The notes under the pieces were generated by a model. That model was not told the DNA's origin, did not search any database, and saw only the letters and a program-made list of their open reading frames with translations. Shown piece by piece: positions 57,206-64,000 of a DNA stretch of 64,000 bases. How positions within the stretch are numbered: the stretch's first letter is position 1; each line of letters begins with the position of its first letter. The DNA is from Candidatus Omnitrophota bacterium (lineage in GTDB: Bacteria > Omnitrophota > Gorgyraeia > Zapsychrales > Fredricksoniimonadaceae). Made by a program: the position numbers and the translations under genes. The DNA is taken from contig CAWHFJ010000014.1 of NCBI GenBank assembly GCA_963828495.1, forward strand, positions 41,538-105,537, written 5' to 3'.

Positions 57206-58654
57206 TTATTGCTCCGGCTTTAACAGCGGAAACAAGATCACATCCCTAATCGACGCTGAATCAGTCAATAGCATGACCAGACGGTCAATGCCGATACCAA
57301 GCCCCCCGGCCGGCGGCATCCCGTATTCCAAGGCCCTGACAAAATCCTCATCGATCGTGCGGTTGCCGGTTTCCGTATCATCTTCCAGGTCCGCCAACAG
57401 ACGGCGATGTTGCTCCTGAGGGTCATTAAGCTCAGAATAAGCATTGCCTACTTCCATACCCGCGATAAAAAATTCAAAGCGCTGGGCCACGGCCGGGTTG
57501 TCTATCTTGGCCTTGGCCAGCGGTGAGAGAAAGGTAAAATAATCCAGCATAAACACCGGATTGGCCGTTCTTTTCTCATCGAGGACTTCTTCAACAATTT
57601 TCATAATGGCTGAACGCGTCAGACGGTCGATCTTGATGGTGCCTGACCGTTTGGCTTTAACTTTGGCGAGCATCCCTTCCGCCGTATCCTCCGGATTGAT
57701 ATCAAAATGCTCTTTGACCACACGGGCAAAAGAGCGGCGCTCCCAGGGGGTCGTAAAGTCAATCTCCTGCCCCTGATAATTAATTTTATAAGTCCCGTAC
57801 ATTTTATAGACCAAAGAACTGATCAGCTCTTCGGTCATCTGCATCATGTCCTCGAAATTACCGTAAGACTGATAGACCTCGAGCATGGTAAATTCCGGAT
57901 TATGCCTCGTCGAAATCCCTTCATTGCGAAAATTGCGATTAATCTCGTAGACCCGTTCAAGTCCGCCTACAAGTAAGCGCTTCAAATAAAGCTCAGGCGC
58001 AATACGCAGATACACATCCATATCCAACGCATTATGTCTGGATTTAAAAGGCTTGCCGCGCGCCCCACCGGCCAGCGGCTGTAACATGGGTGTTTCCACT
58101 TCCAGGAACCCTTTCCCGTCGAGAAATGAACGCACATAGGAAATAATATGGCTGCGCTTGATAAACACGTCCCGTACTTCGGGATTAGCGATCAAATCCA
58201 CATATCGCTGACGATAGCGGATATCCACATCTTTTAAACCATGCCATTTTTCCGGTAAGGTCTGCAGGGATTTCGCCAGCACATGATATTTGGCAACACG
58301 GATGCTATCCTGACCGGTCCTGGTCTTGAACGTTTCCCCTTCAACCCCAATAATATCGCCGAGATCTAAACACTTCAGCATCTCATAAGCTTCAGGCCCA
58401 ACATTGTCCGCTTTAATAAAAATCTGCATACGACCGGTCTGGTCCATCAGGTCCATAAAATGGACTTTGCCTTGGTCCCGGTTGGCCATAATGCGCCCGG
58501 CGGTCACCACGTGCACGCCTTCTTTAAAATCTTTTAAAATCTCTGCAATTGAATGCGAGCGTATAAAACGCTGGGCATAAGCATCAATACCTTTAGCTTT
58601 CAGGGCATCCAGCTTTTTTATCCTAACACTTTTATTTTCATCGACTTCCATCAT
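57206..58654 (-). CDS. lysS: lysine--tRNA ligase (class II)
   Basis: OB anticodon-binding domain plus class II motifs (FRNEG..., GGLGIGIDRLVM). Confidence 0.92.
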   Translation of the reverse strand: MMEVDENKSVRIKKLDALKAKGIDAYAQRFIRSHSIAEILKDFKEGVHVVTAGRIMANRDQGKVHFMDLMDQTGRMQIFIKADNVGPEAYEMLKCLDLGDIIGVEGETFKTRTGQDSIRVAKYHVLAKSLQTLPEKWHGLKDVDIRYRQRYVDLIANPEVRDVFIKRSHIISYVRSFLDGKGFLEVETPMLQPLAGGARGKPFKSRHNALDMDVYLRIAPELYLKRLLVGGLERVYEINRNFRNEGISTRHNPEFTMLEVYQSYGNFEDMMQMTEELISSLVYKMYGTYKINYQGQEIDFTTPWERRSFARVVKEHFDINPEDTAEGMLAKVKAKRSGTIKIDRLTRSAIMKIVEEVLDEKRTANPVFMLDYFTFLSPLAKAKIDNPAVAQRFEFFIAGMEVGNAYSELNDPQEQHRRLLADLEDDTETGNRTIDEDFVRALEYGMPPAGGLGIGIDRLVMLLTDSASIRDVILFPLLKPEQ

Positions 58655-58714
58655 TTACCACCCTCTTATAAAGGCTTCATAATAATATAAAATTAATACT
58701 TCTTTAGGAAATGA

Positions 58715-58743
58715 TATTATATAGAAATTAGAAGGGGAAGTCA
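58715..58743 (-). promoter_or_regulatory. sigma70-type promoter TTGACT-N17-TATAAT upstream of lysS
   Basis: -35 at 58743-58738 and -10 at 58720-58715, read on the minus strand. About 60 nt upstream of ATG 58654. Confidence 0.55.
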
Positions 58744-58773
58744 ACCAACAACCCTATTGCCCATGAAACCGCT

Positions 58774-59310
58774 TTAGTGATGGATGGACAAAGCCGGATA
58801 CTTTTTTAACTCTTCGATGAAATCAGGATTAACCGTGATCCCTAATTCTTCAGCCTTTTGCACATCGGCCCAAGCTCTGGTGTATTTCTTGATGTCATAA
58901 AAGACACGCGCACGGTTATTATAGGCCTTGCCATAGTTGGGATTAATTTTAATGGCCTTGGAATAATCAGAGACAGCTTGGACATAGTTGCCAAGCTTGG
59001 CATACGCACGCCCGCGGTTATTATACGCCTCTGCATCATTGGGGTTATTGGCAATAGCCATGGTAAAATCAGAAATAGCGCCGGACAAATTGCCTTTCTG
59101 CGCATAGGCTGCCCCGCGATTGTCATAGGCCTTTGCAAAATGGGGATTGATATCAATGGCCTCGGTATAATCAGCAATCGCCTGATCATACTTACCCTGC
59201 TCATAGTAGGTATTGCCCTTTTGCACATAGTCCACGGCTGTTTGGGCATAAACTAAAGGAATGCTTAAGAGCAGCATGCCTAATAAGAATAAGACTATTT
59301 GATGCTGCAT
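58774..59310 (-). CDS. secreted TPR repeat protein
   Basis: Signal peptide from ATG 59310; four or more TPR units (AxxDYxxAIxxNPxxAxAYxNRG). Confidence 0.75.
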   Translation of the reverse strand: MQHQIVLFLLGMLLLSIPLVYAQTAVDYVQKGNTYYEQGKYDQAIADYTEAIDINPHFAKAYDNRGAAYAQKGNLSGAISDFTMAIANNPNDAEAYNNRGRAYAKLGNYVQAVSDYSKAIKINPNYGKAYNNRARVFYDIKKYTRAWADVQKAEELGITVNPDFIEELKKYPALSIHH

Positions 59311-59311
59311 A

Positions 59312-59349
59312 GCCCCCTCCCTAACCCTCCCCACGAGGGGGAGGGAATC
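59312..59349. repeat. family B hairpin repeat
   Basis: gccccctccctaaccctccccacgagggggagggaatc. Confidence 0.85.
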
Positions 59350-59396
59350 AAGCACGCACAATAAAAAAGCCCTCCAAGAATTTGGAAAGCTTTTTT

Positions 59397-59425
59397 GAGA
59401 TTGCTTCGCTTCGCTCGCAATGACA
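59397..59425. repeat. family A repeat
   Basis: gagattgcttcgcttcgctcgcaatgaca; degenerate half copy at 59436-59452. Confidence 0.85.
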
Positions 59426-59463
59426 CTAGAAAAAATCCTCTCAATGACATCGCTATAAAACTA

Positions 59464-60066
59464 CTATTCCGAGCCGGTTTTGCGCTGAAACAACTTTTTG
59501 ATACCGGTGAACTTGGTTGAGGCTTTGGGTGTTGATTTGACATCAGCCTTGGAATGAGCAGGCGTTGCGGCTGGGCCTGCTGCAGGGGCAACAGGCTTGA
59601 CCTGAGACTCTGCGTCCTTGACAGGCTTGACCTGGGCCTCTGACACCTTAGAGGTATCCGCTACTCCCTTTTCGGCTTTGAGGCGCTTTTGGCCCGATAT
59701 GATCGTCCGGCTTTTTTCAGTCAATTCCAAAAACGCCAAAGAGGCATTGTCACCTATACGTTTCGTATAAGCAATAATGCGGGTATAGCCGCCCGCGCGG
59801 GCCTTAAAACGGGGAGCTGTTTGTGTAAAGAGTTGCGTCACCAGATGATGATCACACAGGATCGCAAAAGCTCGACGGCGCGCAGCCAGCGTATCTTTTT
59901 TGCCAAGCGTGATTAATTTATCAATCAGCTTCCTGGCTTCTTGGGCTTTGGCACGGGTCGTGCAAATACGTTCTTGCACAAGTGTCGCGCGAGCCAAATC
60001 GCGTAAAGTCGCTTTCCTTAAACTTTGATTACGGCTTAAACGGTTGCCGGCCTTCCCGTGTCTCAT
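59464..60066 (-). CDS. rplQ: 50S ribosomal protein L17 with a Lys/Ala/Pro-rich C-terminal extension
   Basis: MRHGKAGNRLSRNQSLRKATLRDLA... Confidence 0.92.
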   Translation of the reverse strand: MRHGKAGNRLSRNQSLRKATLRDLARATLVQERICTTRAKAQEARKLIDKLITLGKKDTLAARRRAFAILCDHHLVTQLFTQTAPRFKARAGGYTRIIAYTKRIGDNASLAFLELTEKSRTIISGQKRLKAEKGVADTSKVSEAQVKPVKDAESQVKPVAPAAGPAATPAHSKADVKSTPKASTKFTGIKKLFQRKTGSE

Positions 60067-60067
60067 A

Positions 60068-61057
60068 TTATTTAGCCCTTAATTTTTTTGTATCTACTTT
60101 CATCCCCAGATTCAAGCCCATGGCTTTGAGGATGTCTTGGATTTCTGTTAAAGATTTTTTCCCGAAATTGCGAAACTCCAGCAATTCAGCTTCTTGACGG
60201 CGCACCAAATCGCCGATCGTTTTGATATTGGCATCTTTGAGGCAATTAGACGAACGCACCGATAATTCCAGTTCGGAAATCGGTAGCCGCAGTTTGGTGT
60301 ACAACGCTTCTTCCTCAGCGGAGACCTCTTCTTCCTGTTCTTCTTCTTCCGGCAATTGGCCGTACGCCACAAATACATCCAGATGCCGTTGTAAAATATT
60401 GGCCCCGTATAATAAGGCTTCTTTGGGATTAACGGCCCCGTTGGTAAAGATTTCCACGACCAACCGGTCATAATCCGTGCGCTGGCCGACCCGGGTATTC
60501 TCGACGTTAAAATTGACTTTTATAATCGGCGTAAAAATAGAATCCACCACGACCGTCCCGACCGGCGCCCCTTCTTTTTTATTCTGCTCCGCCGGCACAT
60601 AACCGCGGCCGCGGGAAATTTCTAATTCCATATTAAAAGGAATGTCCTGCGTCAAGGTCAGCAAATGATGGTTGGGATTGAGGATCTCAACAATCTCATC
60701 CGAAATAATATCTTTCGCTTTGATCTCGCCTTTTTCATTGGCCTTGATATACACGGTCTTGGGGGTCTTGGAATGGGAACGCACCACCAAGCCTTTGATA
60801 TTAAGGATGATCTCCGTCACCGACTCTAAAACGCCGCTCAGTGTGGAAAATTCATGCGACACCCCTTCAATACGAATGGAAGAAACCGCGCTGCCTTCGA
60901 TGGATGACAAAAGGATGCGGCGTAAAGAATTACCTAAAGTCACACCATACCCGCGCTCAAAAGGCTCAGCCACGAATTTACCGTAGGTGTTTGTATAGCT
61001 GGATTCTTCACAATCTAAACGTTTTGGCATTTGAAAATCGCGCCATTTGACACCCAT
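60068..61057 (-). CDS. rpoA: DNA-directed RNA polymerase subunit alpha
   Basis: NTD and CTD (LELSVRSSNCLK) sequence. Confidence 0.95.
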   Translation of the reverse strand: MGVKWRDFQMPKRLDCEESSYTNTYGKFVAEPFERGYGVTLGNSLRRILLSSIEGSAVSSIRIEGVSHEFSTLSGVLESVTEIILNIKGLVVRSHSKTPKTVYIKANEKGEIKAKDIISDEIVEILNPNHHLLTLTQDIPFNMELEISRGRGYVPAEQNKKEGAPVGTVVVDSIFTPIIKVNFNVENTRVGQRTDYDRLVVEIFTNGAVNPKEALLYGANILQRHLDVFVAYGQLPEEEEQEEEVSAEEEALYTKLRLPISELELSVRSSNCLKDANIKTIGDLVRRQEAELLEFRNFGKKSLTEIQDILKAMGLNLGMKVDTKKLRAK

Positions 61058-61117
61058 GATAATCTCCTTTAAGTTTTATGTCCCCGCTTGGGGCGGCCCC
61101 CAAGGGTCATACATAGT

Positions 61118-61744
61118 TTATCTGGAATACAACTCGACAACGAGCTGTTCATTGACCGTATAGGTCACATCTTCACGCACCGGCACGCGCACGACTTGAA
61201 CTTTTAAATTCGCGGCGTCGACTTGAAGCCATCCCGGAATTTTGCGTTCTTTAGTTATCTCAACGTTCGATTTTATACTGGCCAGCGCCTTGTTATCTGT
61301 TTTTATTTCAATAACATCGTTGGGTTTGACCAAAAATGAGGCAATATTAACCCGGCGGCCATTGACCGATACATGATTGTGAGAAACGATCTGACGGCCA
61401 TCGGTACGGGATTTGGCAAACCCGCTGTTAAAAAGCACACTGTCCAAACGGCGTTCCAAAAATTGTAAAAGAATATGGCCGGTGACACCCTTGGTGCTCA
61501 CCGCTTTCAAGAAGTAATTACGGAATTGCCTTTCTAAAATGCCGTAAATGCGCTTGATCTTTTGTTTCTCACGCAATTGAACACCAAAGTTGGACAGTTT
61601 CCCTTTTTTCAAACCATGCTGGCCCGGGGCGTATTCACGACGGGATACCGCGCATCTATGCGTATAACACCGCGTACCTTTCAAAAAAAGCTTCTCGCCT
61701 TCACGGCGACAAAGACGACAATCTGGTCCTAAATCACGCCCCAT
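61118..61744 (-). CDS. rpsD: 30S ribosomal protein S4
   Basis: CRLCRREGEKLFLKG; S4 domain. Confidence 0.95.
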   Translation of the reverse strand: MGRDLGPDCRLCRREGEKLFLKGTRCYTHRCAVSRREYAPGQHGLKKGKLSNFGVQLREKQKIKRIYGILERQFRNYFLKAVSTKGVTGHILLQFLERRLDSVLFNSGFAKSRTDGRQIVSHNHVSVNGRRVNIASFLVKPNDVIEIKTDNKALASIKSNVEITKERKIPGWLQVDAANLKVQVVRVPVREDVTYTVNEQLVVELYSR

Positions 61745-61774
61745 ATTTCTTAATATCCTTTCGACCCCTTTTTC

Positions 61775-61803
61775 TGGATTCCCGCTTCCGCGGGAATGAC
61801 AGG
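61775..61803. repeat. hairpin repeat with family-A-type flanks but a different stem (ATTCCCGC/GCGGGAAT)
   Basis: ctggattcccgcttccgcgggaatgacagg between rpsK and rpsD. Confidence 0.75.
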
Positions 61804-61807
61804 TGTA

Positions 61808-62242
61808 TTATACTCTACGCTTCTTGCGCGAACGGCAACCGTTATGCGGAATTGGTGTCACATCTTTAATCGACGTCACGTGAAGACCCGCCGCCACCAA
61901 AGCACGGATGGCTGATTCACGGCCTGAACCGGGCCCTTTGACTAAAACATCAACGCTCATAAGCCCTACTTCTTTGGCACGACGGGCCGCATCGGTCGCT
62001 GCTATCTGAGCGGCAAACGGTGTGGATTTCTTGGAACCGTGAAATCCCACCAACCCCGGAGAGCCCCAACTAATGGTATTGCCCTGTTTATCGGTAATGG
62101 TGACAATAGTATTGTTAAAAGACGCCTGAATCGTCGCTATCCCGGAGGTAACGCCTTTGAGGGATTTCTTTTTTGCTTTAACATTCTTCTTGGCAGCTTG
62201 AGCTTGGGCTTGATCTGGCTTTGCTTCCGGTTTTGTGGCCAT
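61808..62242 (-). CDS. rpsK: 30S ribosomal protein S11 (Lys/Ala-rich N-terminal extension)
   Basis: [17 protein letters not shown]... Confidence 0.95.
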   Translation of the reverse strand: MATKPEAKPDQAQAQAAKKNVKAKKKSLKGVTSGIATIQASFNNTIVTITDKQGNTISWGSPGLVGFHGSKKSTPFAAQIAATDAARRAKEVGLMSVDVLVKGPGSGRESAIRALVAAGLHVTSIKDVTPIPHNGCRSRKKRRV

Positions 62243-62267
62243 AATTTTTTATCCTAATACCCCTTCT

Positions 62268-62666
62268 TTATGGAGCTTTTTTAACTGGAGCCGCTTCCTT
62301 CTTAATGATATGTCCCACGACAGGCTTTTTGCCTTTACGGGTGCGGGCATTGGTTTTGGTCCTCTGGCCTCTGACAGGCAAACCCTTGCGATGGCGAATG
62401 CCGCGGTAAGTCCCCATCTCCATATGACGGCGCACATTTTCGTTGATCTCGCGGCGTAGGTCGCCTTCAGTGACATAATTTTTCTGCACCAAACCCGTAA
62501 TACGGGAAATTTCCTCTTCCGTCAAATCTTTGGCGCGCTTGTCCGGGCTAATCTGCGCTTGCGCCAAAATCTGCCTGGTGCGCGTAGGGCCGATGCCGTA
62601 AATATAAGGAAGCGCGGCCTCAATCCTTTTTTCTTTCGGAAGATCAATACCTAAAATTCTGGGCAT
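62268..62666 (-). CDS. rpsM: 30S ribosomal protein S13
   Basis: [26 protein letters not shown]. Confidence 0.95.
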   Translation of the reverse strand: MPRILGIDLPKEKRIEAALPYIYGIGPTRTRQILAQAQISPDKRAKDLTEEEISRITGLVQKNYVTEGDLRREINENVRRHMEMGTYRGIRHRKGLPVRGQRTKTNARTRKGKKPVVGHIIKKEAAPVKKAP

Positions 62667-62671
62667 CTGAC

Positions 62672-62785
62672 TTATCCTTGTCTTTGTTTATGTTTCGGAT
62701 TGCTACAAATGACCCGTACCACCCTGTTGCGTCGGACAATTTTGCAACTTCCGCAAATTCTTTTAACTGATGATTTGACCTTCAT
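62672..62785 (-). CDS. rpmJ: 50S ribosomal protein L36
   Basis: Manual translation gives [37 protein letters not shown]. Too short for the ORF track. Confidence 0.9.
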   Translation of the reverse strand: MKVKSSVKRICGSCKIVRRNRVVRVICSNPKHKQRQG

Positions 62786-62794
62786 TGTTTTTTA

Positions 62795-62830
62795 CACCCC
62801 CACCTAACCTCCCCCATCAAGGGGGAGGAA
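62795..62830. repeat. family B hairpin repeat
   Basis: cacccccacctaacctcccccatcaagggggaggaa between infA and rpmJ. Confidence 0.85.
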
Positions 62831-62839
62831 TCAATACCA

Positions 62840-63058
62840 TTACTTCAATCTGAATGTGATCCGCCCACGGCTTAAATCGTAAGGCGATAATTCAAGTTTA
62901 ACTTTATCCCCGGGTAAAATACGGATAAAATTCATCCTTATTTTTCCGGACACATGGGCCAATACTTTATGATTATTCTCCAAAACCACCCGAAACATGG
63001 CATTGGGCAATGCTTCCACGATCGTTCCTTCCACTTCAATTAAATCTTCTTTGGCCAT
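62840..63058 (-). CDS. infA: translation initiation factor IF-1
   Basis: [24 protein letters not shown]... Confidence 0.95.
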   Translation of the reverse strand: MAKEDLIEVEGTIVEALPNAMFRVVLENNHKVLAHVSGKIRMNFIRILPGDKVKLELSPYDLSRGRITFRLK

Positions 63059-63061
63059 ATC

Positions 63062-63820
63062 TTATTTTGTCAGTATTTCCGGATCACCGGACGTAATGAC
63101 AATCGTATGTTCAAAATGCGCCGATGGTTTACCATCTTGCGTCACTACACTCCAACCATCATCCAGCGTCTTAGTATGAAAGCTGCCCATATTGACCATA
63201 GGCTCAATGGCAAACACCATGCCCTCTTTCAACACAGGCCCCTGTGAAGGCTGCCCGTAATTAGGGATCTCCGGCTCTTCATGCAAAGCCCGTCCTATCC
63301 CATGCCCGACAAAATCCCTCACCACAGAAAACCCATGCATCTCAACAAAACTCTGCACAGCGAAAGAAATATCGGAGAGCCGACAGCCTGCCCTGGCTTG
63401 CTCTATGCCACGGTATAAAGAGGCTTGAGTCACATCTAAAAGACGTTTGACTTCACCGGAAACCGTCCCTATAGGGACAGTTATGGCCATATCAGAATAA
63501 TAGCCTTCGTAAATAATACCGATGTCTATGCTGACAATGTCTCCGTCTTGAATGACACGCTTGCCCGGTATCCCATGCACCACCCCTTCATTGACGGAAA
63601 TACACGCACATCCGGGGAAACCATGGTAACCTTTAAAGGCGGCGAGCACCTTATTCTTTCGAATAAGCTCTTGTGCTCGACTGTCAATGTCTTTGGTCGT
63701 CATCCCACTTGTTAAAGAGCTTTGCAACTGTACGACAATGGAACTAAGAATTTTACCAGCTTTTCTTAAAATGTCAACTTCATTAGGGCTTTTGATACGA
63801 ATACCCTGATTGGAATTCAT
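63062..63820 (-). CDS. map: type I methionine aminopeptidase
   Basis: Metal-ligand context DIVSIDIG, HGIG, FAIEP and FEHT. Confidence 0.95.
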   Translation of the reverse strand: MNSNQGIRIKSPNEVDILRKAGKILSSIVVQLQSSLTSGMTTKDIDSRAQELIRKNKVLAAFKGYHGFPGCACISVNEGVVHGIPGKRVIQDGDIVSIDIGIIYEGYYSDMAITVPIGTVSGEVKRLLDVTQASLYRGIEQARAGCRLSDISFAVQSFVEMHGFSVVRDFVGHGIGRALHEEPEIPNYGQPSQGPVLKEGMVFAIEPMVNMGSFHTKTLDDGWSVVTQDGKPSAHFEHTIVITSGDPEILTK

Positions 63821-64000
63821 TTAAGCACGGCGGCCACAGCCAGACGGACCTCGGCCGCTTCCACATTAGCATTTATTTTTCTTAATTTATGCTGTTTAGC
63901 GTAATAATCAACAATCGGTTGTGTACTCTGCTGATAAACCTGCATGCGCGACTGGATGGTTTTTTCATTGTCATCCCCGCGCTGATACAGTTCGCCGCCA
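63817..64000 (-). CDS. adk: adenylate kinase, C-terminal end; gene continues beyond window
   Basis: Manual translation gives GGELYQRGDDNEKTIQSRMQVYQQSTQPIVDYYAKQHKLRKINANVEAAEV...LK. ATGA overlap with the map start. Confidence 0.85.
   Translation of the reverse strand, partial: GGELYQRGDDNEKTIQSRMQVYQQSTQPIVDYYAKQHKLRKINANVEAAEVRLAVAAVLK

Noticed and set aside
59464-59700. Lys/Ala/Pro-rich C-terminal extension of L17, and a similar N-terminal extension of S11 (62150-62242).
   Set aside because: Low-complexity basic extensions of ribosomal proteins are common lineage-specific features and are not evidence of a separate element.

Overview
This is a gene-dense chromosomal segment with about 65 protein genes, one tRNA, no rRNA and no CRISPR array, transcribed mostly on the minus strand. 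LptFG, LolCD-type, MlaDEF, a porin and TolC-like sequence indicate a diderm bacterium. My impression, from memory only, is that the dispersed repeats and giant proteins resemble those of uncultivated lineages such as Omnitrophota. This cannot be established from the window. Gene content, in order: the PDH complex (aceE 3' end, E2, E3), a GT-C/GT2 glycosylation pair, DUF192, maf, pyrE, comF and lptFG. Next comes a full phosphate module: porin-pstSCAB-phoU, a PhoR-like kinase and two OmpR/PhoB-type regulators. Then a 9.1-kb locus of giant envelope proteins (16418-25535), a nadD-like gene plus a solitary pilT, and a long housekeeping run with Firmicute-like gene order. The window ends with an orphan GIY-YIG/T5orf172 nuclease gene beside the tRNA and the adk-map-infA-rpmJ-rpsM-rpsK-rpsD-rpoA-rplQ block. 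Most interesting points: (1) The giant locus encodes, in one continuous ORF, membrane-fusion-protein-like units joined by a Pro8 linker to a TolC-like outer-membrane-factor domain, followed by a Tat-motif-bearing ~1400-aa membrane protein of unknown function. (2) A 38-nt cassette with TTCACA-N5-TTCACA direct repeats (PhoP/PhoB-box-like) occurs three times: upstream of the porin-pst operon, the giant locus and an orphan response regulator. This predicts that all three are co-regulated. (3) At least three families of short hairpin repeats are scattered at gene boundaries and are also kept in frame inside ORFs. (4) About 13 reading-frame breaks occur in otherwise recognisable genes, several of them essential; these are most simply assembly indels. 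(5) The tRNA has an Arg-like body but CGC at the anticodon position and an irregular anticodon arm, and an inverted copy of its 5' half lies in the trailer.
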